Source of the DNA: Bacteroidaceae bacterium
GTDB taxonomy: Bacteria > Bacteroidota > Bacteroidia > Bacteroidales > Bacteroidaceae
Direction of reading: 5' to 3'
Length of the DNA stretch: 57,901 nucleotides
NCBI GenBank assembly: GCA_017558175.1
Contig: JAFYWH010000136.1
Location: 1 to 57,901 of the forward strand
A model generated the notes under the pieces. It saw nothing but the letters and a program-made list of their open reading frames with translations. It was not told the DNA's origin and did no database searches. Positions 11,301 to 19,488 of the stretch are shown here, one piece after another. Position 1 is the first letter of the stretch. The number at the start of each line of letters is the position of its first letter. The translations under genes were made by a program, and so were the position numbers.

Positions 11301-13688
11301 TTCCATCCCTTGTTCATCCCTTACCCTTGCCTTCAGCTGATAGCACCCCGATGGCAAGGCATAGATATCCTCCGGAATGAAAGGCTTGTTCGATGCCTGC
11401 TTGCCTTGAAGCACGACTTTTCCTTGCGAGAGGACTTCGTATTCCACCTCCGCATCCATCGGTACGTTCATCAGATTGCTCACGCGGAAGGTCAACTGCT
11501 TGGGGTATTCCTTGATCATGGTTTTTCCTTCCCAATCGGGGATGAAGAGCTTCAACGACGAACTGCCCAACGGCAAATCCAACGTGCCTTCTTGTGTCTC
11601 GCCTGCCAAGCTGGTCACATCGGCCGACACCTCGTAAGTGTAATACCAACTCCGCACGCCTTCCTTGATCGGGAGGAAATACACCGGTACTTCGAAACGT
11701 CCTTCATTATCGGTCACAGCCTCACCGGCCACCCGATTCGTTTCTGTGCCTCTTATTCGCCAATAGCTGTTTTCCAATCGGACTACTTGGTATTTCACCT
11801 TCGCGCCTTGTACCGGTGCTCCGGCAAAGGTACGTGCCATTCCCGTCACAAGAATGGAATCGCCTGCCCGATAGCTTGTCCGGACGGTATCGAAAGTCAC
11901 CTCGAAAGTAGGACGCTTGTATTCCTCCACACGGAAATCGCTCAATGCACCCTTTGTCTGCAAGCGCCAATGACCCATCTTTCCCGACTTCGGCAACTCG
12001 AGCGTACCCGAGAAGCTTCCATAGGCATCGGTCTTGACTTCCCCCTTCTCCACCAGCTTGCCATCCGCATCCATCAAGCTAATGGTATAAGTTGACCCTT
12101 CCTTAGCCCGTGTCTCATCCTTCCGCTGGCTATAGACGATGCCCGAATAATGTAGGGTCTGCCCCGGTCGATAGATTCCACGGTCGGTGATAAGCTCGAC
12201 ATGCTCTTCGGTCTTGTCTGTCACCTTGTAGTTGTTATCTCCCATCCACGAGTGAGAAATAGGCATGCCCTTATCCATGGCTGTCTGTGCCTGCAGACAA
12301 ACACTTCGCTCCTTGCCCTTCGGCAGCATCACCACACCTTCGGCATTGGCAACATGACTTTCCTTCAATTCATAGCCTCCACCCTTGACCTGATAGACTC
12401 TGACTTCTGCTCCCGGAACCGGATGTCCGCTACGCTTGTCCAGCACTACGATTTCCTGTTTATTCTCCGGCAAGGCCCGATGAATCATCTGCAAGCCTGT
12501 GACGTGTATCAGCACCCCTACTTCGGCATCCCGATGTCCGTCGGGTGTAGCCAAGGCGTAATAAAGTCCCAGTTCCAAGCCTTCAAGGGTTATCGCATCC
12601 TTACGCATCTCATAGTCGGGAGTGGCCGGAAGGTCGAAATGCTTGTCACGAATCAAGGTGCCGTATTCACCGATTGTCTTGGAAAAAGAGGTTTTTCTCA
12701 ACGAAGGCGATTCCACCGGAAGGTTCACCCGATATACCTTCAACTGGATGCCCGACAGGTTGGCGTGACTCGCCTCTATCCGTATCGGACTTTCGGGATA
12801 AACGGCTCCCAACTCCAATTGCAATCGAGGATTCAAAATCTTCCGTTCCTCGTTCTTCAAGGCATTGATGCGGTTGTAATGCGGATATCGGCGGATAGCC
12901 TCTTGAAGCAAGGCCAAACGTTCTTTCGTCTTCAGCTTCATCCCGGCATTGGCCAATCGAAGATACACCTCGGCACACACATCGAGGTTGGCGTACTCCT
13001 TCATCCACTCGCGGAGCTGCTTCTCGTCAGCTTGCGGATAGGCATCGAGGGCGGTCAGGAGCCATGCCGAACGCATGCCCTTAGCCTTGTACAAATGCAA
13101 CAACGACTGGTAGGTATCGCGGATGGATGCCCGCACCTTTTCCTGTTCCACCTGCCACTGATGGCGCTCCCAAAGCAAGACGGCACGACGGGCCAGGAGG
13201 TCGTAAAGGTTGTTATCGAAATAGAGTCGGCTGGTCTCTCCCGTCTTCACCATAGGCACGAGCTTATCGGCCGGATAGGATACCAGCTTCAGGCTGTCCT
13301 TCAAGGAAAGATTCAGGTATTGGTTTCCCTTGGCAAAGTCTTCGCGGATAAAGATGCCACCGAGAATGGAATGCAGCACCGCCTTGTCCTGAACCGCCAA
13401 GTCCGGCTCTTGCGCCCATGCCTCCAAGCCTTTCACATCCACGGCCACGCTATCGGGCGAGATGCTTCCTCGCCACTCCATCATCGTGAGGTAGGCCTTC
13501 ATCATCTGCGGCACGTTGCGTTCGGCCTTGGCCTTTTGGTATATCTTGTTGGCCTCAGCTATCACAGATTTCGGCAGGTCCTGCTGCCCCATCTGCTCCA
13601 CGTTCTTCCACAGCTGAGGGTATGTCTGCGCCTGCAAGGTTATGGCAAGCACCAGCGAGAGGGCGAGTAAGAATATTCTAGTCTTCAT
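8376..13688 (-). CDS. Bacterial alpha-2-macroglobulin family protein
   Basis: Signal peptide; TDRGIYRPG, FRVEEYKRPTFEV, RTNFAETAFF, LPESLTEW and LPRFVRVGD motifs; likely start MKTRIF at 13688. Confidence 0.92.
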   Translation of the reverse strand: MKTRIFLLALSLVLAITLQAQTYPQLWKNVEQMGQQDLPKSVIAEANKIYQKAKAERNVPQMMKAYLTMMEWRGSISPDSVAVDVKGLEAWAQEPDLAVQDKAVLHSILGGIFIREDFAKGNQYLNLSLKDSLKLVSYPADKLVPMVKTGETSRLYFDNNLYDLLARRAVLLWERHQWQVEQEKVRASIRDTYQSLLHLYKAKGMRSAWLLTALDAYPQADEKQLREWMKEYANLDVCAEVYLRLANAGMKLKTKERLALLQEAIRRYPHYNRINALKNEERKILNPRLQLELGAVYPESPIRIEASHANLSGIQLKVYRVNLPVESPSLRKTSFSKTIGEYGTLIRDKHFDLPATPDYEMRKDAITLEGLELGLYYALATPDGHRDAEVGVLIHVTGLQMIHRALPENKQEIVVLDKRSGHPVPGAEVRVYQVKGGGYELKESHVANAEGVVMLPKGKERSVCLQAQTAMDKGMPISHSWMGDNNYKVTDKTEEHVELITDRGIYRPGQTLHYSGIVYSQRKDETRAKEGSTYTISLMDADGKLVEKGEVKTDAYGSFSGTLELPKSGKMGHWRLQTKGALSDFRVEEYKRPTFEVTFDTVRTSYRAGDSILVTGMARTFAGAPVQGAKVKYQVVRLENSYWRIRGTETNRVAGEAVTDNEGRFEVPVYFLPIKEGVRSWYYTYEVSADVTSLAGETQEGTLDLPLGSSSLKLFIPDWEGKTMIKEYPKQLTFRVSNLMNVPMDAEVEYEVLSQGKVVLQGKQASNKPFIPEDIYALPSGCYQLKARVRDEQGMENDQTVTFTLLSLNDKHLPEGTDVWCYQPSEEFGTAGTATVYFGSSEKDVYLFYDVMSGNGKMERKHLEFSDSLLSFRYTYREEYGDGLRCSFAFLKNGKLHTKEVIIQKPKPNKALQLKWKTFRDKLQPGAKETWTLSILRPDGKPADAQLLATMYDASLDRLAPHAWHFGLNFARRFPNFDWMTEYAYSPYWYFYFPIKMLEFNPLSYSTLEIPKNHMAELQGMRVYKAAAAFGSVRNTEDMVVFEEEIVPIVQQNSAIEEAILESTDKVQLRTNFAETAFFYPQLRTDANGEVSIEFTLPESLTEWKFMGLAHTKDMDYGSLVDKVVASKEFMLQSNLPRFVRVGDQVNISASLINLSDKEAKGVARMEIFVPDTEKVILSQKSPFVVKAGETGKVSFSFQVSDKYEGLAVRMVADGNTFSDGEQRYLPVLSDKQKLTESILLNTNGKGTFTYSLESLFNHHSSSVSRPKMVVEFTGNPVWYAVQALKVVANPENDNALSWASAYYANALLAHLAKAEPRIADSLKVEGMDAKLAEATLKLKDLQHTDGSWSWYKGMGGSLYITTSITQLIARLQQLTGGFVDTEVVKMNQQAWGYLNKRLAEEVQEMKEAEKKGAKDIRPSEVALQCLYTDALEKNLRIPVDIRNYLICKLEGMSARLTIYGKALSAIVLKEAGKEVMAKEFLESLMQYTVSNEEMGRYFDSPKAHYSWFSYRIPTQVAAIEAIKRITGDEQILEEMKQWLLKQKQTQAWETPVATTDAVYALLTTGKDWLDNSSAAVIRVGKEVIQTPADALGYVRQEVSGNVLKIRQATVTKESAGIGWGAVYAEFEEDMDKVSAQGNALKVARTIYKDGKPLAEGDALMVGDKLEIRLTVVADRDMDFVQVKDERAACMEPVDALSGYRWNNRIGYYQETKDSSTAFYIDQMRKGIYEFSYQVYVTSSGVYQQGIAMVQSVYAPEFGGHGEGGRLVVE

Positions 13689-13818
13689 AATTTCAAACGG
13701 CATTGGTGAATAAACAAATATACGGATTTTTGCTCGGACAGCGGGGATTACGTGTGTTAATTATCGCAAAGAAGGTGTAAATCCTCCGGCAATGTGCTGC
13801 ATGCGTGATTTAGCAGAA

Positions 13819-13853
13819 GCAACCGAAGTTGCGGGTTGCGGGTTGCGTTTTTT
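13819..13853 (-). repeat. (CGCAACC)3 iteron cluster 1
   Basis: GCAACCGAAGTTGCGGGTTGCGGGTTGCGTTTT; near-perfect inverted copy at 15616-15649. Confidence 0.85.
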
Positions 13854-13958
13854 CCCGATGTTCATATATAGCTTGGGGGTTAAGGTTCGTAATTAGTGTG
13901 TGCATTTTGTGATCTTCGAAGAATCACTATGCAAAGATAATACATGCCGAAAGCGCAA

Positions 13959-14008
13959 TGTCCGTTTTTGTCTGTTTTTGTCCGTTAATGTCGGTTTTTG
14001 TCTGTTTT
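13959..14008. repeat. Five tandem 10-bp repeats TGTCYGTTTT upstream of DUF4248
   Basis: TGTCCGTTTT TGTCTGTTTT TGTCCGTTAA TGTCGGTTTT TGTCTGTTTT. Confidence 0.85.
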
Positions 14009-14096
14009 AAGGTGAAATCGACGGAGTTATATTTGGATAAGTGGTAATAATTTCGTATCTTTATACCATAAGTCAAACCTAAAAAATCCTGTAAAC

Positions 14097-14309
14097 ATGT
14101 TCACATCACGTACCTATGGCAAGGCCGAACTGGCTTTGCTTTACCAACCATGCAGTAATCCCGACAGCGCCGTGAAGACCTTAACCCGATGGATCAACGG
14201 TTGTCCGCTGTTGCAGGAGGAACTCAAGTCGATGCACTACAATCCTCGTCGGCATACCTTCCTCAAGCCGGAAGTGGAAGCCATTGTCCGACATTTGGGA
14301 GAGCCGTAA
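14097..14309 (+). CDS. DUF4248 small DNA-binding-like protein
   Basis: YGKAELALLY.P..A...L.RWI...V..IV.HLGEP pattern typical of Bacteroidales DUF4248. Confidence 0.85.
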   Translation: MFTSRTYGKAELALLYQPCSNPDSAVKTLTRWINGCPLLQEELKSMHYNPRRHTFLKPEVEAIVRHLGEP

Positions 14310-14425
14310 CCTCCCCCATTGGGAAGCAATTCCATCTTTGCCTCATAGGTTCAAAGCATCTTGCATAAAACATGGATACACTTGCAAAACATCCCAAAAA
14401 TCGGACACCGGCGAAGGGGTGAAAG

Positions 14426-14661
14426 GTTGCGCTTTCCGTGAGGTAGTTGCGCCTTGTTTGGAGGGTTCAAAAACGCAACCCGCAACCCGCAACTTTTTTT
14501 GACTTTCCTTTGGCGTGCGCGTGTGCGTGCGTGTACCTTATATATATAAAATAAAATTAAAAAAAATAATATACTATATAGAGTTGCGTTGCGCAGGCCT
14601 CATAGAGTAGGTGAAAATAGAATGCAAAAACAAAAACGCAACCGGGTTGCGGGTTGCGTTT
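14426..14661. repeat. Bidirectional CGCAAC iterons around an AT-rich core (origin-like)
   Basis: GTTGCG x2, (CGCAACC)x3 at 14469-14496, A/T-rich tract about 14538-14580, then GTTGCG x2 and a CGCAACC/GGTTGCG dyad at 14632-14661. Confidence 0.75.
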
Positions 14662-14680
14662 CTGTGGTTAAGCTATACGA

Positions 14681-15508
14681 TTACTCTTCTATCGGAATCT
14701 GAATAATGGATAGCCATTTCTCCGGGTCTTCCTGGTTCCAGATGCCATCGACGTAGCAAGTGCGAGGATGGCCGGCTATCTTGTAGCCTTTCTCCTCGAG
14801 GTAAGCAAAAGCTTCGGTGAACGACTCGTAGAAACGTTCGTACGGGCCGTAGTGCTTCATGCAGAGTGCTTTCGGCACTTCCGGAAGGCGCTTGAACTGA
14901 ATGATACTGCTATCTGCACCCATTTCTTCCACTTGTTCGCAGTACTCGATGTCGATGTTCGTAGGCGTGTATTCTTGCTGGTGTTCGATGGTGAAACAAT
15001 AGCCCGGAGGCGGACATTTGCACCCCAACCGTTGCATTTCCGGACCGATAACGCTATAACACAACATGCCTAATGCGGAATAGTCGGCAATGACTTCACG
15101 ATGCGAAGCCACAATGACTTCCGGCAATGATTGGATACTGAATTTTTCCATAATCTTTACTTCTTTACGAGAGTCCACCCACTCCTGCAGTTGACAGCGT
15201 CGTATCAGGAGTTGCTGAAGCAGCTTTTCCGTTTCCTCAATCTTCATCGTCAGTTGCTCAATGCTTGGTACATGCGACTCGCCCTCGAACAAATCCTTGA
15301 TCTCTTCGAGCGAGAACCCGAGCCGTTGCAATTGGCGTATGGAGTTCAGCCTCAGCATTTGGCCGATGCTGTAGAAGCGGTATCCCGTCCATGGGTCCAC
15401 TTCCTCTGGTATCAGCAGTCCTTTTTGCTCGTAATGACGCAAGGTCTTGACCGTCACCTGCATCAAGCGCGAAAACTCTCCGATTTTTAATCTTGTTTTG
15501 AATCTCAT
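14681..15508 (-). CDS. MerR family regulator with GyrI-like effector domain
   Basis: KIGEFSRL..VTVKTLRHYE..GLL.P..VDPWTGYRFY; C-terminal HYGPY GyrI-like domain; likely start ATG 15508. Confidence 0.92.
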   Translation of the reverse strand: MRFKTRLKIGEFSRLMQVTVKTLRHYEQKGLLIPEEVDPWTGYRFYSIGQMLRLNSIRQLQRLGFSLEEIKDLFEGESHVPSIEQLTMKIEETEKLLQQLLIRRCQLQEWVDSRKEVKIMEKFSIQSLPEVIVASHREVIADYSALGMLCYSVIGPEMQRLGCKCPPPGYCFTIEHQQEYTPTNIDIEYCEQVEEMGADSSIIQFKRLPEVPKALCMKHYGPYERFYESFTEAFAYLEEKGYKIAGHPRTCYVDGIWNQEDPEKWLSIIQIPIEE

Positions 15509-15534
15509 ACTCGTACGTTTTTTAGCTAGCAAGT

Positions 15535-15568
15535 GCAAAGTTAGGCCATGACCCAAGGTTCGAGTCAA
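15535..15568 (-). promoter_or_regulatory. Promoter of merR with imperfect dyad (candidate MerR operator)
   Basis: Minus strand TTGACTCGAACCTTGGGTCATGGCCTAACTTTG: TAACTTTG matches the Bacteroidetes -7 box (TAnnTTTG), with a TGACTCGA/TTGGGTCA dyad upstream. Confidence 0.5.
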
Positions 15569-15615
15569 GCGAAAATCGAATTATTTTCAAGAAAAATTCT
15601 TTTTTAGCGCTGGTG

Positions 15616-15649
15616 AAAACGCAACCCGCAACCCGCAACTTTCGGTTGC
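15616..15649 (+). repeat. (CGCAACC)3 iteron cluster
   Basis: AAAACGCAACCCGCAACCCGCAACTTTCGGTTGC. Confidence 0.85.
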
Positions 15650-15695
15650 AAGTCACAAAATACACCTAAAAGAGATATATTGCTAAACAGCAAAT

Positions 15696-16616
15696 TTAAT
15701 CACATGGAAGCAAATAACGTCGAATAAGATATTCAGTCCATTCATTGCCATTTTCCACTTTGAGGTACTTCTTCATCAAGTCAAAAAGTTCTTCATAAGT
15801 CAACGGAATAAACGAATTCACACCGGTATCGGACAACAATTCTTTATATTTGGGCATTGCATCATTGTAGAAGTGCACATTCGCCTTAGGGAAAATAGTC
15901 ATACTGGTGAATTTTGCAATATCCCCCTTCAGGACCATCGAAGCTCCAAGAATATGGTTTCTCCAAATTTGTCTAAATTTATTCGATATAAGAGCATCAT
16001 AAGAGACATCTTCTCTAAAATATCCACTATTTACCGTAGCGTTAAGATAGTTTGCGAAAAGACGTGTATTTCCGTTTTCATCCTTTATATGGTTATATTC
16101 GCTGGTACCCTTCTTCAACGGATACTCTTTTTCCGTATATTTTACTTCAACTCCAATGCCACATGCCATGCCTTTTACATCTATATACGAAATATAAACA
16201 TCAAAAGCTGTATGATCGGATAAGTAATTTTCAATCGGTTCCGGATGGAATTCTATTTGAATATCTGTAACCTTCGATATTTCATCTCTACCCATGATAT
16301 GGTTAAATAAGGCAGCACACCCCTCCTTGTCTTTACTCATGGGGAAAAATATATTGTATGGGATATGTTCGCTCCTTAACAGATTTGCAAGCATTTGTCC
16401 ACTTGGAGCAGACGAAGTATTGGGTATTGGCTTTTTAAGTTCTGCCAATATTTCATCCCTGAAACGCTCATAAAATACTAGTCCTTTCCGTGCATCAGCA
16501 TAATTGAGAACATTGGGATATTTATAGTATCCAACCTTCAATTCTTTTTCTCTAAAATCTACTTGATGCGCTCTTGCACGCCTTTTAAACTCTGCATAAC
16601 TTAAGGATTTAGACAT
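15696..16616 (-). CDS. PD-(D/E)xK nuclease, PGN_0703-like putative restriction endonuclease
   Basis: NLLRSEH, YLSDHTAFDV...GIGVEVKYTE and QIWRNH motifs; visibly AT-rich compared with neighbours. Confidence 0.7.
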   Translation of the reverse strand: MSKSLSYAEFKRRARAHQVDFREKELKVGYYKYPNVLNYADARKGLVFYERFRDEILAELKKPIPNTSSAPSGQMLANLLRSEHIPYNIFFPMSKDKEGCAALFNHIMGRDEISKVTDIQIEFHPEPIENYLSDHTAFDVYISYIDVKGMACGIGVEVKYTEKEYPLKKGTSEYNHIKDENGNTRLFANYLNATVNSGYFREDVSYDALISNKFRQIWRNHILGASMVLKGDIAKFTSMTIFPKANVHFYNDAMPKYKELLSDTGVNSFIPLTYEELFDLMKKYLKVENGNEWTEYLIRRYLLPCD

Positions 16617-16698
16617 GGCTTACCAACTATTATAGTTAAAACAAAAATTACATCATAAGGCACTTAACACCTGCTACAAATATACAACTTATTTTGTT

Positions 16699-16816
16699 CT
16701 AATACGGATAAATGACATGTTTTCCACTTTTCTAATACGGATAAAATGCATGTTTTACCTAATCCTAATACGGATAAATGACATATTTCCCATCTTCCCA
16801 ATTCGGACAAAACGCA
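16699..16816. repeat. 33-bp-period degenerate tandem repeat (about 3.5 copies)
   Basis: CTAATACGGATAAA at 16699, 16732 and 16765; degenerate CCAATTCGGACAAA at 16798. Confidence 0.85.
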
Positions 16817-16836
16817 ACCCGCAACCCGCAACTTTC
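16809..16836 (+). repeat. (CGCAACC)3 iteron cluster
   Basis: AAAACGCAACCCGCAACCCGCAACTTTC. Confidence 0.85.
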
Positions 16837-16873
16837 ATCGAACATCACTTTTCAACCCTACCACAGAGCACAC

Positions 16874-16903
16874 AAAAAGGGGCCCCAAAAAAGAGCCCCC
16901 CCC
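16874..16903 (-). terminator. Intrinsic terminator after pepD
   Basis: Minus strand GGGGCTC-TTTTTTG-GGGCCCC followed by TTTTT. Confidence 0.6.
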
Positions 16904-16926
16904 TTCCGTTTATTTATACCTTGAAA

Positions 16927-18387
16927 TTATTCCTTTACCGGTGCGTTAGCCAAAGTAGCCACGAGGAAGTCGTAGAACTTCTGTACGGTAGGAATCAAGC
17001 AACGTTCGTCTGGTGAGTGAGGAGAACGGAGTGTAGGACCGAATGAAATCATGTCCAAACCTGGCATTACAGCACCGATGATACCGCATTCCAAACCAGC
17101 GTGGATAACCTTAACGGCAGGTTCAACACCGAATTGAGCCTTGTAAGATTCCTTCATAGCCTTCAAGATAGGTGAGTTCACGTTTGGTTCCCAACCAGAG
17201 TAGCTACCAGAGCGAACAACTTCCATACCAGCCATTGAGAAACAGCTTTCGATGCTGGTGTTCAAGTAGTCCTTCATTGAGTCGCGTGAGCTACGAGTCA
17301 ACACCTTGATAGCAGCCTTACCTTCGCCGATAGTGATGATAGCGAGGTTGTTCGATGTTTCAACTGTATCAGGGATAGTAGGAATCATGCGGAGAACGCC
17401 GTTGTGGCAAGCGTAGATAGCATCTACCAAGTTGTCGCGGATTTCTGCAGGAACCATGTACTTAGGCAATTCCACGCGTTCTGCCTTGAAGCTGATTGGT
17501 GTTTCGTGTACGTGGTATTCTTCGTTCCACAAAGTTTCGCATTCCTGTACGTATGCCAATACATCTTCTTCTTCCGATGCAGGGATAGTAATAACTGCTT
17601 CACATTCGCGTGGGATAGCGTTACGCATGTTACCGCCGTTCCAAGAAACGAGGCAAGCTTCGTCGCAAGCAATCACCTGGCTGATGAAACGAGCCATCAA
17701 CTTGTTGGCATTAGCACGACCTTCGTTGATTTCCAAACCTGAGTGACCACCGCGGAGACCCTTCAAAGTTACCTTCAAAGCTACGTCTTCCGGATCAGTT
17801 TCCACTTCCTTGTATTCCAAAGTAGCGCTGAGGTCTTCACCACCTGCACAACCGATGTAAAGTTCGCCTTCGTCTTCAGAGTCGAGGTTCAAGAGGATAT
17901 CGCCGTTCACTGTACCTGGCTTCAAGCCGAATGCACCGTACATACCAGTTTCTTCGTCAGAAGTAATCAACGCTTCCAACGGACCGTGTACCAATGTGTT
18001 GTCTTCGAATACAGCCATGATAGCAGCTACACCCATACCATTGTCGGCACCGAGAGTAGTACCCTTAGCCTTCAACCATTCGCCATCAACGTATGTTTGG
18101 ATAGGGTCGTTCACGAAATCGTGTACAGTATCGTTGTTCTTCTGTGGCACCATGTCCATGTGAGCCTGAAGAATGATAGTCTTACGGTTTTCCATACCCG
18201 GAGTAGCAGGCTTGCGATAGATGATGTTGCCTACTTCGTCCATTGAAGTTTCTACACCAATACTCTTCCCGAAGTCCAGCAAGAATGCCTGAACCTTTTC
18301 CAGATGACCGGAAGGACGAGGTATTTGAGTCAACGAATGAAAATGCTTCCACACATTCTGCGGAGCAAGAGAAAGAATTGTGTCCAT
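16927..18387 (-). CDS. pepD: Aminoacyl-histidine (Xaa-His) dipeptidase, M20C
   Basis: QAHMDMV, TTLGADNG, DEETG, NLDSED, GGHSG, HAGLECG and HSPDE motifs. Confidence 0.96.
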   Translation of the reverse strand: MDTILSLAPQNVWKHFHSLTQIPRPSGHLEKVQAFLLDFGKSIGVETSMDEVGNIIYRKPATPGMENRKTIILQAHMDMVPQKNNDTVHDFVNDPIQTYVDGEWLKAKGTTLGADNGMGVAAIMAVFEDNTLVHGPLEALITSDEETGMYGAFGLKPGTVNGDILLNLDSEDEGELYIGCAGGEDLSATLEYKEVETDPEDVALKVTLKGLRGGHSGLEINEGRANANKLMARFISQVIACDEACLVSWNGGNMRNAIPRECEAVITIPASEEEDVLAYVQECETLWNEEYHVHETPISFKAERVELPKYMVPAEIRDNLVDAIYACHNGVLRMIPTIPDTVETSNNLAIITIGEGKAAIKVLTRSSRDSMKDYLNTSIESCFSMAGMEVVRSGSYSGWEPNVNSPILKAMKESYKAQFGVEPAVKVIHAGLECGIIGAVMPGLDMISFGPTLRSPHSPDERCLIPTVQKFYDFLVATLANAPVKE

Positions 18388-18389
18388 AG

Positions 18390-19388
18390 TTATTTAGTTT
18401 TATTAATGAATGGCAAAGCCAATAATCCATATATTCCCAACAAAATTAGTAAAAAGGTTTGAATTCCATGCACTAAAAGCGCAAAAATTCCTGCATCTTC
18501 TTTTCTAACCCCATAAAGCACCATCATGGTCATCACCGCAAAGTGCCACGGTCCGGCCCCGTTGGGAGTGGGCACAATGACTGCCAGAGTGCCTACCACG
18601 AACATGACCAGTCCGGCCGAGAGACCCAAATGGGCGGAGAAGCCGAAGGCATAGAAGGTGAGGTAGAACTCCAGGAAGTAGCACACCCAGATGCCTATCG
18701 TGTACATTATATATATAGGAATCTGCTTGATGTCCTTCAAGGCTACGATGCCTTGCCACACGTTGTGAAGAATGCCCTTCAGCTTGGCAAAAAGGGCCAC
18801 ATTGCGTATCAGGAAGAACACCAGCAGGAGGGCTGCAAGGGCACAAACCACGATGAGGTAGAAATGTCCGGAGGTAAGCACCTCGGCATATCGGCTCACA
18901 TTGGTTCCCGTTTCGGCAAAGAAAGTGGCGAAAACCGGCATCTGCGACACGAGTACCAAGCCGGTAATCAGGCCTACACAAAGGGTATCGATCATGCGTT
19001 CAGACACCACCGTACCCAAGGATTTGGAGAACGACACGCCATCGTACTTCGAGAGCACACCACATCGGCTCACCTCACCCACACGCGGAATCACGAGGTT
19101 CGAGGCATAAGAGATGAAGATGGCATACACGCAATTGGCCATTTTGGGATGTTCGTTCAAGGGTTCCAACGCCAGTTTCCATCGCCAGCCGCGGAAAAGG
19201 TTGGCAAAAACACCGAAAACAAGCGAAAGGGCTATCCATCCGTAGTCCATTCCGCCGGTCAGCACCTCTCCTACCCGCTGGAAATTGAAGTCACGATAGA
19301 CCCAAACGAGTATAAACAGCCCCAACAGAAGCGGAAAAACCACCTGCAAGACCTTCTTGATTATCTTTTTTCTTTCAGTTCCTTCCAA
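18390..19388 (-). CDS. Lysylphosphatidylglycerol synthase TM-domain (flippase-like, UPF0104) protein
   Basis: RGWRW, PRVGEVSR, GTVVSER..D and PTPNGAGPWH motifs; multi-TM. Confidence 0.85.
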   Translation of the reverse strand: MEGTERKKIIKKVLQVVFPLLLGLFILVWVYRDFNFQRVGEVLTGGMDYGWIALSLVFGVFANLFRGWRWKLALEPLNEHPKMANCVYAIFISYASNLVIPRVGEVSRCGVLSKYDGVSFSKSLGTVVSERMIDTLCVGLITGLVLVSQMPVFATFFAETGTNVSRYAEVLTSGHFYLIVVCALAALLLVFFLIRNVALFAKLKGILHNVWQGIVALKDIKQIPIYIMYTIGIWVCYFLEFYLTFYAFGFSAHLGLSAGLVMFVVGTLAVIVPTPNGAGPWHFAVMTMMVLYGVRKEDAGIFALLVHGIQTFLLILLGIYGLLALPFINKTK

Positions 19389-19488
19389 AATAAGACGATT
19401 TTTTAAATTACAATGCTTATATTTGCATGATGCAAAGATAGTATCTTAGAAACAAACCGAATCATTCACTTAAGCAAAAAATATTAAA

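Noticed and set aside
6927-13670. Long antisense ORFs (e.g. 6927-8156, 9414-10679, 12201-13670; likewise 22026-23267 and 24452-25879)
   Set aside because: Shadow frames opposite well-supported genes, explained by codon bias; no recognisable motifs
13761-13865. 34-aa minus-strand ORF MNIGKKRNPQPATSVAS...
   Set aside because: Partly a translation of the iteron block; treated as a deletion scar rather than a gene
16699-16816. Possible mini-CRISPR array
   Set aside because: The period is only 33 bp, the inter-repeat parts resemble each other, and there are no cas genes; it is a tandem repeat
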